A stretch of DNA of 64,000 nucleotides from Psilocybe cubensis (lineage: Eukaryota): NCBI GenBank assembly GCA_017499595.2, contig CM039000.1, positions 2,046,001 to 2,110,000 of the forward strand. Reading direction: 5' to 3'. The notes below the pieces were generated by a model. That model had not been told where the DNA came from, ran no database searches, and saw nothing but the letters and a program-made list of their open reading frames with translations. Of this stretch, positions 52,301 through 61,400 are shown piece after piece (the first letter of the stretch is position 1; each line of letters starts with the position of its first letter). A program made the translations under genes and the position numbers.

Positions 52301-54332
52301 ATCGTATCCGGTGATATATGTGATCAGGAATATCTACGTTGTCTGGTAGGCGGTCAGGAAAGCGATCTCGATATTTCTCTTTCATTTCTTTGTCCATGCG
52401 CAATAGCTTCTGCTGAAATTGAATGTTGCTGATTTGCTCATTAATCGCTGCTACCAACTGTTTTGCACGCTCTGGTTCGACCTGTGATCGCAGATGTTGT
52501 TCCTTTGCCATGGCCGATCTTCTCTGTTTGTCCTGATCTATCCCTGCGTCCGTCTTTAATCCCTCACAGATAGCAGTGCTCTTTGCAGCAAGAGTATCTC
52601 TTGTTGGTGGATTCATTAAATCATATCCAGAACGCTTATCAATAGCCGTTCGTTTCCGAGTATCAATGACTATATTTTCTGGGGAAAGAAATGACAATCC
52701 AAGTAGCAGCGGTATAGATAGGTTTTGATGAATCTTTGCTTTATGTGTCCGTGATATCCAGCTCCCGTTTCCTGATGCAACCCGAATCTTAACATACTCC
52801 CTGCATTCTAGCGGTGTATTGTCAATCGATGACAAATTGTCCTCGGCGGGTGGTAGTGGATATCGGGGGAGGCCGAGCTGGGTGACGAGTGTCTCGTCAA
52901 TCACTGTGGAAGGAGATCCCGTATCAAGCATTGGTCGAATGCGAAGAGGAAAATCCACAACCGCTGGCCCCTCAATCTCCATAACTGGAAAGAGGTGCGG
53001 AACGGTCATAGACATGGTAGGGACGTACGAATCAGAATCTGTCTCCTCGTCATGCACGGTATATGAGGAGGAAGCATTGATTTGCCCCACGGGCAAGGAC
53101 TTCCTAGTGCCCTGCTCTTTGGCATCCTTCTCACGTTGTGCCTTTAATGCCATCTCTTCTGTAAGGGTCTTGTATCCGTTTGCTGTTGGCCATCCATTTG
53201 GGCAGTTCCTTGCGCGGTGGTTGACGTAAAATCGACGGCATTTGGTACAGCCATTGTGATTGTCGAGTAATGTACGTTCTTCTGCTGTGATTTTAGGTAA
53301 CAGTGGCCTTCGCACCCCATTATCGAACTCGCTGTTTGATGGTCGAGGGTTGGGATTTGGACTATCCGAGAGACGCAATAACAAGGATTTCTTGTCAAGC
53401 CTGCGTGCAGCCACTCGTGTTGCGTAGCTCGCATCGATTTGACGTTGGGTGCGTGCACGTTCCTCACGAAGGCGGTCGTCACGGTCCTTTACTTCCAGTG
53501 ACCAGGCGGCTAATTCGGTGGCCTTGACTGGCTCGAATCCGAGCGACTCACGAAGCTCCTGGTTCAAGTGTGACTCGAGCTGTATCTTCAATGCTTCATT
53601 GGGGAAGGCGTACCCCTCTGGTGCCATCGTCTTCAAGATCGCATTCAAATTCTCCATTTCGATCTTCCAGTCGATGAAAATACGGTCGCCCTGATAGGAC
53701 GTTAGGATCTGTTCACGGACTTTGTGAGCCCACTTCTTCTCCAACACGAGCACTTGAAGCTCCTCCAGATATTTCTCCAGCGGCAGTTCATCAATCCGTG
53801 TGGAATCTGCTTGATACCAAGCCACCAGTCTTGGTTCTTGCATTCCATCGGCCACAAACTTCACAACTTCTTTTGGCGACTTCGCTGCATGCTTCATGTA
53901 TTTGCGGCAAGCAACCGCCCACTGCTGCATTACCAGAGGATCAATCTTCCCTGGTGTGAGAATCGGTACGTCCTTCATCTTATTTTGGACAACCGTAGCG
54001 AGCGGTTTATCGTCATCGTTTGGCATCTTGACTCTGACAACGGTGGGATACCTAGGGTTGCGGCGATTGCGTCGATCTCTGATCGGATTGCTGATCGCGG
54101 TGGGAGTGTGTGTGTCGGTATGGTCTTCGTCCTCTGAGTTAGAGGTCGCTGAATCTGAGAAGCTGAGATTCACTGATGAGGCAGACGGTGACGGCGGTGG
54201 ACCTTGGGGTTCAGTTCGTGGTTTGCGGAAAACAGTAAGGCCTGGAACAAGCTCTGAGGGTAATCCAAGCTCTTCTCGTCGTTGGGTCGACGCTCGAGTG
54301 GTCCGCGACGATTCGGTATACAGTGTGGGCAA
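49398..54332 (-). CDS. Gag-Pol polyprotein (single ORF; first ATG at 54026)
   Basis: Gag knuckle CTKC...H...C, protease LDTGS, RT YLDD, RNase H TDAS/EKELLAI, integrase HHCC + D,D,E + GPY, chromodomain IEKIVDAR...YLVRWAGFG.EHDEW. Confidence 0.97.
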   Translation of the reverse strand: MPTLYTESSRTTRASTQRREELGLPSELVPGLTVFRKPRTEPQGPPPSPSASSVNLSFSDSATSNSEDEDHTDTHTPTAISNPIRDRRNRRNPRYPTVVRVKMPNDDDKPLATVVQNKMKDVPILTPGKIDPLVMQQWAVACRKYMKHAAKSPKEVVKFVADGMQEPRLVAWYQADSTRIDELPLEKYLEELQVLVLEKKWAHKVREQILTSYQGDRIFIDWKIEMENLNAILKTMAPEGYAFPNEALKIQLESHLNQELRESLGFEPVKATELAAWSLEVKDRDDRLREERARTQRQIDASYATRVAARRLDKKSLLLRLSDSPNPNPRPSNSEFDNGVRRPLLPKITAEERTLLDNHNGCTKCRRFYVNHRARNCPNGWPTANGYKTLTEEMALKAQREKDAKEQGTRKSLPVGQINASSSYTVHDEETDSDSYVPTMSMTVPHLFPVMEIEGPAVVDFPLRIRPMLDTGSPSTVIDETLVTQLGLPRYPLPPAEDNLSSIDNTPLECREYVKIRVASGNGSWISRTHKAKIHQNLSIPLLLGLSFLSPENIVIDTRKRTAIDKRSGYDLMNPPTRDTLAAKSTAICEGLKTDAGIDQDKQRRSAMAKEQHLRSQVEPERAKQLVAAINEQISNIQFQQKLLRMDKEMKEKYRDRFPDRLPDNVDIPDHIYHRIRLVDKDKIHAGRGYAAPKKYHDAWKKLLDEHLAAGRIRPSSSEYASPAFCIPKYKNGVPDLSVPPRWVNDYREINKNTISDKFPLPRVDDILADCGKGKFFAKLDMTNSFFQTRVHPDDIHLTAVRTPWGLYEWVVMPMGGKNAPATHQRRMTDALRELIAQVCHVYLDDIVIWADTLEQLSERVEKVLKALRKAGLYCNAKKSVLFATEIIFLGHVISANGIHADPAKTDRIKKWPRPTNATNVRGFLGLTRYLAVFLPALAEHTSILSPLTSKECDRDFPKWTADHDRAFNAIKELVTGAECLTVIDYDDPEGKIYVTTDASDRRTGAVLSFGKDWESARPVAYDSYQLKDAEKNYPTHEKELLAIVKALKKWRSSLLGVKFEVYTDHRTLEYFQAQKEMSRRQMRWSMYMADFDFEICYIRGEENVAADALSRMPDEEPNSRFAACALAYTRNPNRAPRGFVGSVLSIEIDQEFVQAIKDGYDADPFVKQFRDGMQKHSLTGAREEEGLIYLGQRLVIPNDRKIRERLYYLAHDVLGHFGFDKSYEALHGSYYWPNMRRDLEKAYIPSCTECQRNKDRTTKPTGPLHPLPVPDKRLTSVALDFIGPLPEEKERDTILTMTCRLGTDIQLIATHSSWTTEQIAHKVVDHWICENGLMEELICDRDTIFTSDLWTAICKILNVKIKMSTAYHPETDGASERTNKTVNQAIRYYVDRNQKGWLDKLPRIRFAMMNTVNASTGYSGFQLKTGRSPRIIPTMAKANKDAPMVETSAREIIRKIEIDVKEAQDALHTAKIRQAAQANEQRGNEIVYQPGDMVMLSTKNRRRNYKRKGKKRVAKFMPRFDGPYVVEAAFPERSEYTLRLPNNPKTFPGFHASLLKPFVPNDPEKFPDRELVRPPTVITEDGVEETVIEKIVDARKRGRGMQYLVRWAGFGKEHDEWLPGRMLEENEALDRWEEEEAEDKEDE

Positions 54333-54389
54333 TTTACGGTAACGGTAACAGTGTGCGGCGGTGGTACGTAGTCGGCTTCAAAAAAAAAG

Positions 54390-54688
54390 TGGAAGGCTGT
54401 CGGGATCGGCAGCCTCACTCGCTGAAACAGAAGGGACAACGCTCTCTTCGTTGCGTAGCGTTCTAGTCAATACATGATGTGTAGTAAATTACTATAATAT
54501 ATTTACCTTCGTTGCGTAGCGTTCTAGTCAAGCAACGAAGGTCATTTGTTTCCCTTTTGTCTTTCGGTCTCAATATCTTTGTAAGTTGATTAGCGAGACC
54601 CAATCTGGGCTCGCGTTTGTGCGCCGTTTTGTTGTGCGCGTCCGCCTGCGGTGCGTGTTTGCGTGTGTGGTAAGTCTCCAGGCTTACA
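54390..54688 (-). repeat. 5' LTR (299 bp)
   Basis: Identical by eye to 49047-49345; upstream of gag on the minus strand. Confidence 0.97.
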
Positions 54689-55510
54689 TAAAGCCTAGGA
54701 AAAGACACATGGATTCACAAGGGATCGAGGCATCGAAGCTGCAGAGCTGGGTATACGATTTTGATACGACTTTACCACAGCCATGCAAATGGGAAGGCAA
54801 GCGAAACACGCCCGGTTTATCGTGTGAAATTGTATTAAACAGTTATGTTGAACCGATGTCCAGAATACCTAGACAAGACATTCCCTGAGGGACTATTGGC
54901 ATCCTATGAAAGGCGAGAGACGTTGTTTAATATCCAGATACCTCGTTTCTTATTTGCATGGTGCAGCATGTTCCGCATAATTCCTGCAGAGCAATTTTTC
55001 CAGAATTTTGCATCAGATCGGAGTCATATGGTGGGTATCTCAATCCCTGAGCTCATGTCAAGTCTGCTGAACGGCGCGACAAATAGCTTTTAAAGACCGC
55101 AGCAGAAAAGGGGTCGACCAGTTTAGATGATGGGGACACTCTTTACTCTGCTCCTCCGCCGCGTTATGCAGCAATATGTGGGTCGAGGGCAAGGCAAAAT
55201 GGAATCAGCAACAATTTGATGTCGCATTATGTGACGATGAAAATATGGGAGCAGGATTTATATGGAACTGTGGTGAATAGATCGGAAATTGACAAAGCCT
55301 TCCGCAATGGCCTCTTAGTAGTTACTTGAACATAGTTAAGTTGTAGCTTGTTGGATTGGACTTACTTGCCGAGCTAAGTGTCACGGTTGTAAAGAGTCAC
55401 GTGCTGTAGTGTGATGTTCGGAGGTGTTGGAGTTGGCAAAGAACGGTCGCGCTGTTCATCCATTGGCCACTCCCTTTTATCTCCTTCCACCGGTCCACAC
55501 CTCGACCAAC

Positions 55511-56966
55511 ATGACATCCATTCCTTCCACATCAACGTTTACAAATGGCCATTCGCACTCAAATGGATCAACCTCTCACAGTGAAATATCTGCAGAATCG
55601 TCGTTTGACGGGAATACCAGCTCACCCTCCTCGTCTGCTTACCCAACCAATGGCTATTCTCAGTGAGTTTCGACCACCCGTTAACAGGTTCAGAGGCGAA
55701 CACATCCGCACTCTGGACATCTGCGTAGGGTATCCTTACAGGACTATCAGAGCTCTCTTTGTAATTCTTTGCCTCCCCGACTGATCATTCCATTCTCAGG
55801 CCTCCCTTTCAAAACTCACATAACGAGGAAATTGTGAGCCATCTATATCATGCAGGATTTCAAACAGGTGTAAGTACTGCATTTCTATACATCTTTTATG
55901 TGTGTTAAGTTGTCTTCTCGCAGAATTACGCAGATACGATTCTTGTACGTTTTTGAGGATTCTGATGCCTTTTGCGGTGCCTAATATTAACACCCGCTTC
56001 AGCACGTTCACCAAAATGTGTACCGCCTTCATGCCATTATATTATCGCGGTCGCCATATCTTGCACATCTTATGTCTACTTCTCCACAAACCACTGGGCA
56101 ACGCATCATATATGTTCACTTAGATCAGGAACCAGAAGTCACACAAGAAGTAGGTATTCCTGTTGCTCTCTGTAAGAGATACATTGATCTAGATCTTTTA
56201 TTATTAGGGCTTTGCGATCGGTGATTACTTTCTCTCTCAGGCTTCTGCTTGTTTTCTCAATTCTGATCTTATGTTTGCAGCGCTGGGCTATCTTTACTCA
56301 GCAATATCTCTCAACCTCGTCCGTCCTGAGAACTCTCGAGCAGTTCTAGCAGCCGGTTGCTTACTAGGTGGCATGGATGAATTGTGCCAATACGCGTATA
56401 ACGTATGCAGGCAATCTATGTCGGTGGAGACCATCGGCAGCTGGGTTGAATTTATCGATACATTACCCTCAAACACAGATGGTGCAGCAGCTCCTGACCT
56501 CCCTTCTACATCAGTTTTTGGACGATATGCTCAAAGACTCAGAGATGATGTCTTCCATTTCCTCGTGGTTACACTTCCCGAAGTCCTTGAAGTTCAAAGG
56601 CCACCGCAGGATCCTTCTTCCGGAGCAAATGGACGTGATGTCCTTTTACAAATTTATTCGCGCGTGCCCTTCGAAATGTTCAAAACCGCCGTTGAATCAC
56701 CCACATTTTTGATTGGTTAGCATGGATCACCCCTGTAACCATTTTCGAAGCACTGACCTGAACTTTTTATATTATCAATAGGCTCCGACCAAGCTCGATT
56801 CAAGTTCGCAAAAGACGCCATTGAACTACGCAAGCGAGGGATTGCCCGGGGGCTTGGTGCTGAGGAAACCGTTGTTCTGGCCTTTGGGCAGAGCAACTTT
56901 GGTAACAGTGCTGTACATATCACGCGCAAAATGCGCAAGAGACCATTGTGGAAGGTGAACTCGTAG
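55511..56966 (+). CDS. BTB/POZ-domain protein of unknown function
   Basis: HIYHAGFQTG, YRLHAIILSRSPYLAHLMST, ALGYLYS, VLAAGCLLGGMDELC, SDQARFKFAK..IELRK...EETVVLAFG...RKRPLWKVNS*. Confidence 0.75.
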
Positions 56967-57494
56967 GCTTGTGAATGTACGACTGATTTTTCAATACACT
57001 TTTTTTGGTTGGAGGGCTTTTGGCCAAAAAGGGTTTGGCTGTGTGGGTCCTGCAGTGATCCAGCGTTGTACCGTGCGGAGGCAGCTGAAGACGCCCGAGG
57101 AGAGATGGCAAAACGTGGCGAAAACGTGGTTGATCGTGGGACGACGGAAGGCTTGCACCAAATGAGGCAGGCACATTCCATAAAAGGGAAGGTGCCGGGG
57201 ATTGCCTAGAGTTTTTTAGACTTTAAGTGGCAGTGGCAGATTTGACATGTCTTCCGAATAGTGAGCGACTAGAGAAAGCGTTGGATGAGTATAAAGCAAG
57301 CATAATTTACGAGGCTCGGGGCGCATTTACATCCAACGGCGGCTTCTCTTCCTGCGCCACTATCGATGGAAATGTTCCCATGGATCCGAGACGCGCTAAT
57401 CACGGGAGCCAGGGCTCGATAGAGTCCATGTTATAAGAACAGGAGCATGGCTTCGTGTCTGGTGTCTGGGCACAAGTATTCACCGGGCCTTCTT

Positions 57495-58215
57495 ATGGCA
57501 TCCACCACCTATGATCTCTTCTTCACCGGCAGAGATGATCCTCGAAGTTGTGTTATCATTGGTGAAGACACAAAACCCATTTACCTTTCCTTTGAGACTG
57601 CAGAGCGCAATCTGTTAACGCCTTATGTACGGACGATGGTCGGTCCTGGCTACTTTTTCTTGGCGAATTGCTGACAAACTTTTAAGTGATTACATTTATG
57701 TCCCTCACAGGTCTATAGGAATAACAAGGAAGTATGCGCGAAACTCGAATGGAGCCCAGGTAACCATTTGGGCGGCGCGACTATAGGGAATCGCCACTTG
57801 CCAATGTCACAACTTATCCTCGCGGGCTCAACGAGCAGGTAAAACTACTCAAGTCTTTATCGCGGAGAGAAGTGAAGTTGATGGTACTGGTCAAAAAAAC
57901 TTTGATAATCGATCCAGTGCTCGCGCTTTCGTTTCGTCTGAGGGAAAGAGATTCGAGTGGAGGCGGAATCGAGACGACCCAACCTCGTATGATGTTCGCA
58001 TTGGCATGCCATCTCCTCTCCCCCGTTACTAAATTTAGCCACAGCTTTATGCCTCCCACAACACACGAATAGCGGTGTTTCGTCGCTACAAACAGGCAAC
58101 GGCTATCGGCCCTTCGCACGCTGTTCTTCAGTATTCATTCACGCAGGATTCATTACTAGTTGATGCCCTCGTGGCCTTGTGTGTTGTTCGCTGGGTCGAC
58201 ATTCATGGGCTGTAG
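57495..58215 (+). CDS. Small hypothetical protein, DUF6593-like beta-rich family
   Basis: Four exons: YDLFFTGRDDPRSCVII...|VYRNN...LEWSPGNHLGGATIG...|SARAF.SSEGKRFEWRR...|RIAVFRRY...LLVDALVALCVVRW*. The family assignment is from memory. Confidence 0.65.
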
Positions 58216-58436
58216 GATTTTGTGTTGTTCTTCGCTTTCATCTTGCTTTGGGGGTTAATTTCTTTGCTGTTATTATTGGACAAACATATTTATCAACTAC
58301 TGCACTGGAGAGAAAGATGGAAGGAGGGAGGAATTCAGGACAGTTAAACATACATAGCAGAGCACCCATTCAATAGAATCCATTAGCATACCACGACCTG
58401 GAAAAATAAGATCAAGAAAATAACAAAATAGTCAGA

Positions 58437-61400
58437 TTATGGGGCGTTGTTCATAGACCCCAACATATGTTCTAGACGCTCTTCCACTGTCCAATTGATA
58501 TCGTTGGTGGATAAAGACGACGAATTAGAGTGGCCTGGACCGCGATTTGGGATGATGTTGAATGATCCTGCGTCAGCGCCTTGCGAAAGGCTCTCGATTA
58601 GGCGGCCTATTTGTGCCGAGGAGCTGTAGAAAACCTGAGAATAGAGTGTGTTGAATATCGGTCAATAAGGTTTGATGAGAGCGAACACAAACATTGGTCT
58701 CAGGGCGATTTTTCCCTTGAGGTTTCTTTTTAGAAACAAAGGAAGATATGCTGCCCTTTGAACCTGATCGGGCATGCTCTTTCATGAATGCCTGCAAACC
58801 GTCATTTCCAGGTTCACGGGTGGAATATTCTGATGCAAAACTGGCACGACCGGAGTATATAGACTCGTCGTCGCCGTCGCGCAAACCATTCACGATGTTC
58901 CTAGTATTGTGTGAGAAACATTTTGAAACATTTTGCTTACGGGGAATACAATACTCACCATATAGTCTCTCCATTAGCCAACTGGATAATTTCTAGAGCA
59001 GGGCCGTCGGATGCGGCCAAATATTCACCCTTTGAGGCTGCTTGGTCGACCAATGAATTCGAATCATTGGGTGCTGCACTGGCCGCTCTAGATTCTCCGG
59101 CATACATGTCATACCTAACAACAGCCTTAAGTTTGAAGTTCACGATATAAGCAACGATTACTTACAAGGAGTCATATGTCGAGTTAGACTTCTCGATAGG
59201 GCCCGCTGCTGACGTAGATGGCGCATTCAACATTTTACCTGCTTGACCAACAAAGTTAGGCATCTGAGGTATCGGCGGCATGCCGTCAGCAGAGAAGCGC
59301 TTAATGGTCGGTGACTTCGGGGGAGGAGGCGTTGGTGCACGGTCGTGAACTGAACGGCTGGACACAGAGGTTGCGCTGGCACGTTTTTTACGCATAGATG
59401 TTTTTCGTTGTGTGAGAGCGCTCAACGCAGTAAAATCTGACGGTGATAAATCGGATGCAATTAGGATTGTCCTACGCACAATCGCATTTCCAGCATTCTC
59501 TGCCTGCCCTTCTTTCGGTCGCCGTAATTGATCGGTTCTTCGGGCAGAAGGCTTTCTTGTCACTGTAACATCCTCTGGGGTAGCAGGGCGAAGCTCGGAT
59601 TTGGAAGGTGGCTGGAGCTGCTGTTCTGGAGGAACAATATAACTCGTGGGTGTAGCTGTCTGATCTGACCCAGTACTACCCACATACGCGACCGGTTCGG
59701 CATCCACTTTGCTATCATTCTGACGAGTTGGTTGCGGCTTAGCAACGGAGTTGTTCCTTGCCAAAAGATTACGAGAGGAAGTAGACCCAGACCGGGCCAA
59801 CAGGGCATTTATGACATTCTCATCGAGACCTATATTACTTGCAGCAGCAAAGAATTGTTCCAAAGCAGCATCCGATAATTGAGTCGTCTCAGCCGGCGAT
59901 TTCATAGGCTCCTTTGTGTGTGTAGGCTGAGGTGGCGATGGAGCTACAGGGGGATTCGCAGGCGGAAACCTGGAATACATAGGACGAGGTTGACCCGCAG
60001 GCCTAGGAGTAGATGTGTGACTTCTATCAGTCGGAGACATCTGCTTGGGCGTGGTAGGTTCAACTTGACGAGGTGTGAGAGAAGATGTTGGACTGAGAGG
60101 TAAGCTTGTTCCGGGGAATGGGTTCTCTCCGCTAGAAGAATTCTCCGACATGCGTTGCTTGTTCCTAAACCTAGCCATGAATCCTTTCAAACCAGGTCCT
60201 GCAGAAGCAGGTGGGCTAGGTACTGGCACTTTGAATCGACCTGTTTCAGTAGCACTTGAAAGTTTAGGTGCGCCGGGAGGGTTGATTTTAGCAGGATCAT
60301 AAAAAGCTGTCTGGCTAGCCAACGGCGATTTAGAAGTATCAGGAGTAACAGTTTCCTCGCCAGATGAAGCAATATTTTTGGCACGCAGAGATCCTCGTAG
60401 TTTCTTGAACCGTGATCCAAGCTTGGATGCGCCAGGGCTGGATGTGTTGTTAGATAATAATGAAGGGGTACGGAGGGGTATCGTTTCGACACTGGTTGTA
60501 GTAGACAAGAGTTTTGGTGTGGATATCTGGCTTGTATCCACCTTTCTGCGAACAGAGGGCACCTGTTTCAAGCCGTCACCTAAATTAGTCCTTGACGGAT
60601 TTTTGTTGAGAGCCAACATAGCGGCATCGGTCTTTTCTTGGACGGCACGAGCAAGTTCTGCCTGTTCTTGAGGAGTTGGGGGTATCTTGGGTGTAGAAGG
60701 ATTGCGTAACAATAGATAGGGAGAATTAAATGAGGGTGATCGGATAGCATTTGGTTGGGTAGGAGAAACAGGAACAGATGTTGTCAGAGATGGAGATTCA
60801 GTGGTGACAGACTCTGAAGTGGAGATCGCAATAGGTGCAGGAGGAGAGAAGACGGGGTCTGGTTTCGGTTGTTCTGGAGCTGGACCTGCAGGTTCTTCTT
60901 CCTCTTTTCCATCTTCATCGTTACCAAAAAGAACATGCGCTAGATCACGATTACGTCGAGTATTGGGAGATACTTCTAGATCCTCGAGGGTGAGATTAGA
61001 AACAGCAGCGTTGACATTGACAGTCGGTGTAGAAGGTCGTTCATTAATGCTGTCAACCACAGAATTGAGCAGAGCGCTGGCTTTTGAAAGTTTATCATCG
61101 ACGACATAGGAAGGAGAGGCGGGAGTTTGCATCTGTGGAGGAGGACTCGCAACCTAAAAATTAAATAATGCATAAGAATATGACTTAATACTGAGAAAAA
61201 TAACTTACTCTATAATTGGATTGTGAGGTTGACGGCCGCCGCCGTCTCAACGCAGAAGGTGCACGATCTCGAGGGTCGGTATTCGCTATCTTGGCAAAAG
61301 CTGCAGCCACAAGTTTTTCCTGCACAGCTGCAATGTCCGCTTTCTTAAGGCCAGCATACCGCTCAATGATCTCTTCTGGGTCCCATTCATCGTCATCCAG

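Larger units (their letters stand above)
49047..54688 (-). mobile_element. Full-length Ty3/Gypsy chromovirus LTR retrotransposon (5,642 bp)
   Basis: TG...CA-bounded 299-bp LTRs, 5-bp TSD TAAAG (49042-49046 and 54689-54693), PPT, and an uninterrupted gag-PR-RT-RH-IN-chromodomain ORF. Confidence 0.98.
48739..55329 (+). pseudogene. NTAQ1: N-terminal glutamine amidohydrolase (NTAQ1/WDYHV1) interrupted in exon 2 by an LTR retrotransposon
   Basis: 5' part MKPP...YTQYYCEENVY...VIFISN..KT|VALWYQKA...VVWDYHVILALK ends at 49046. It resumes at 54694 with PRK...WVYDFDTTLPQPC...FRIIPA..F..NFASDRSHM...APPPRY..I...NNL, TGA at 55327-55329. The frame is continuous once the element and one TSD copy are removed. 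Confidence 0.93.

Noticed and set aside
54668-54693. Splice-like signals at the LTR end (GTAAGT, CCAG) that might excise the element from NTAQ1 mRNA
   Set aside because: Joins from the insertion edge give a stop or a frameshift. The in-frame join from exon 1 skips the WDYHV His, so function is not rescued.
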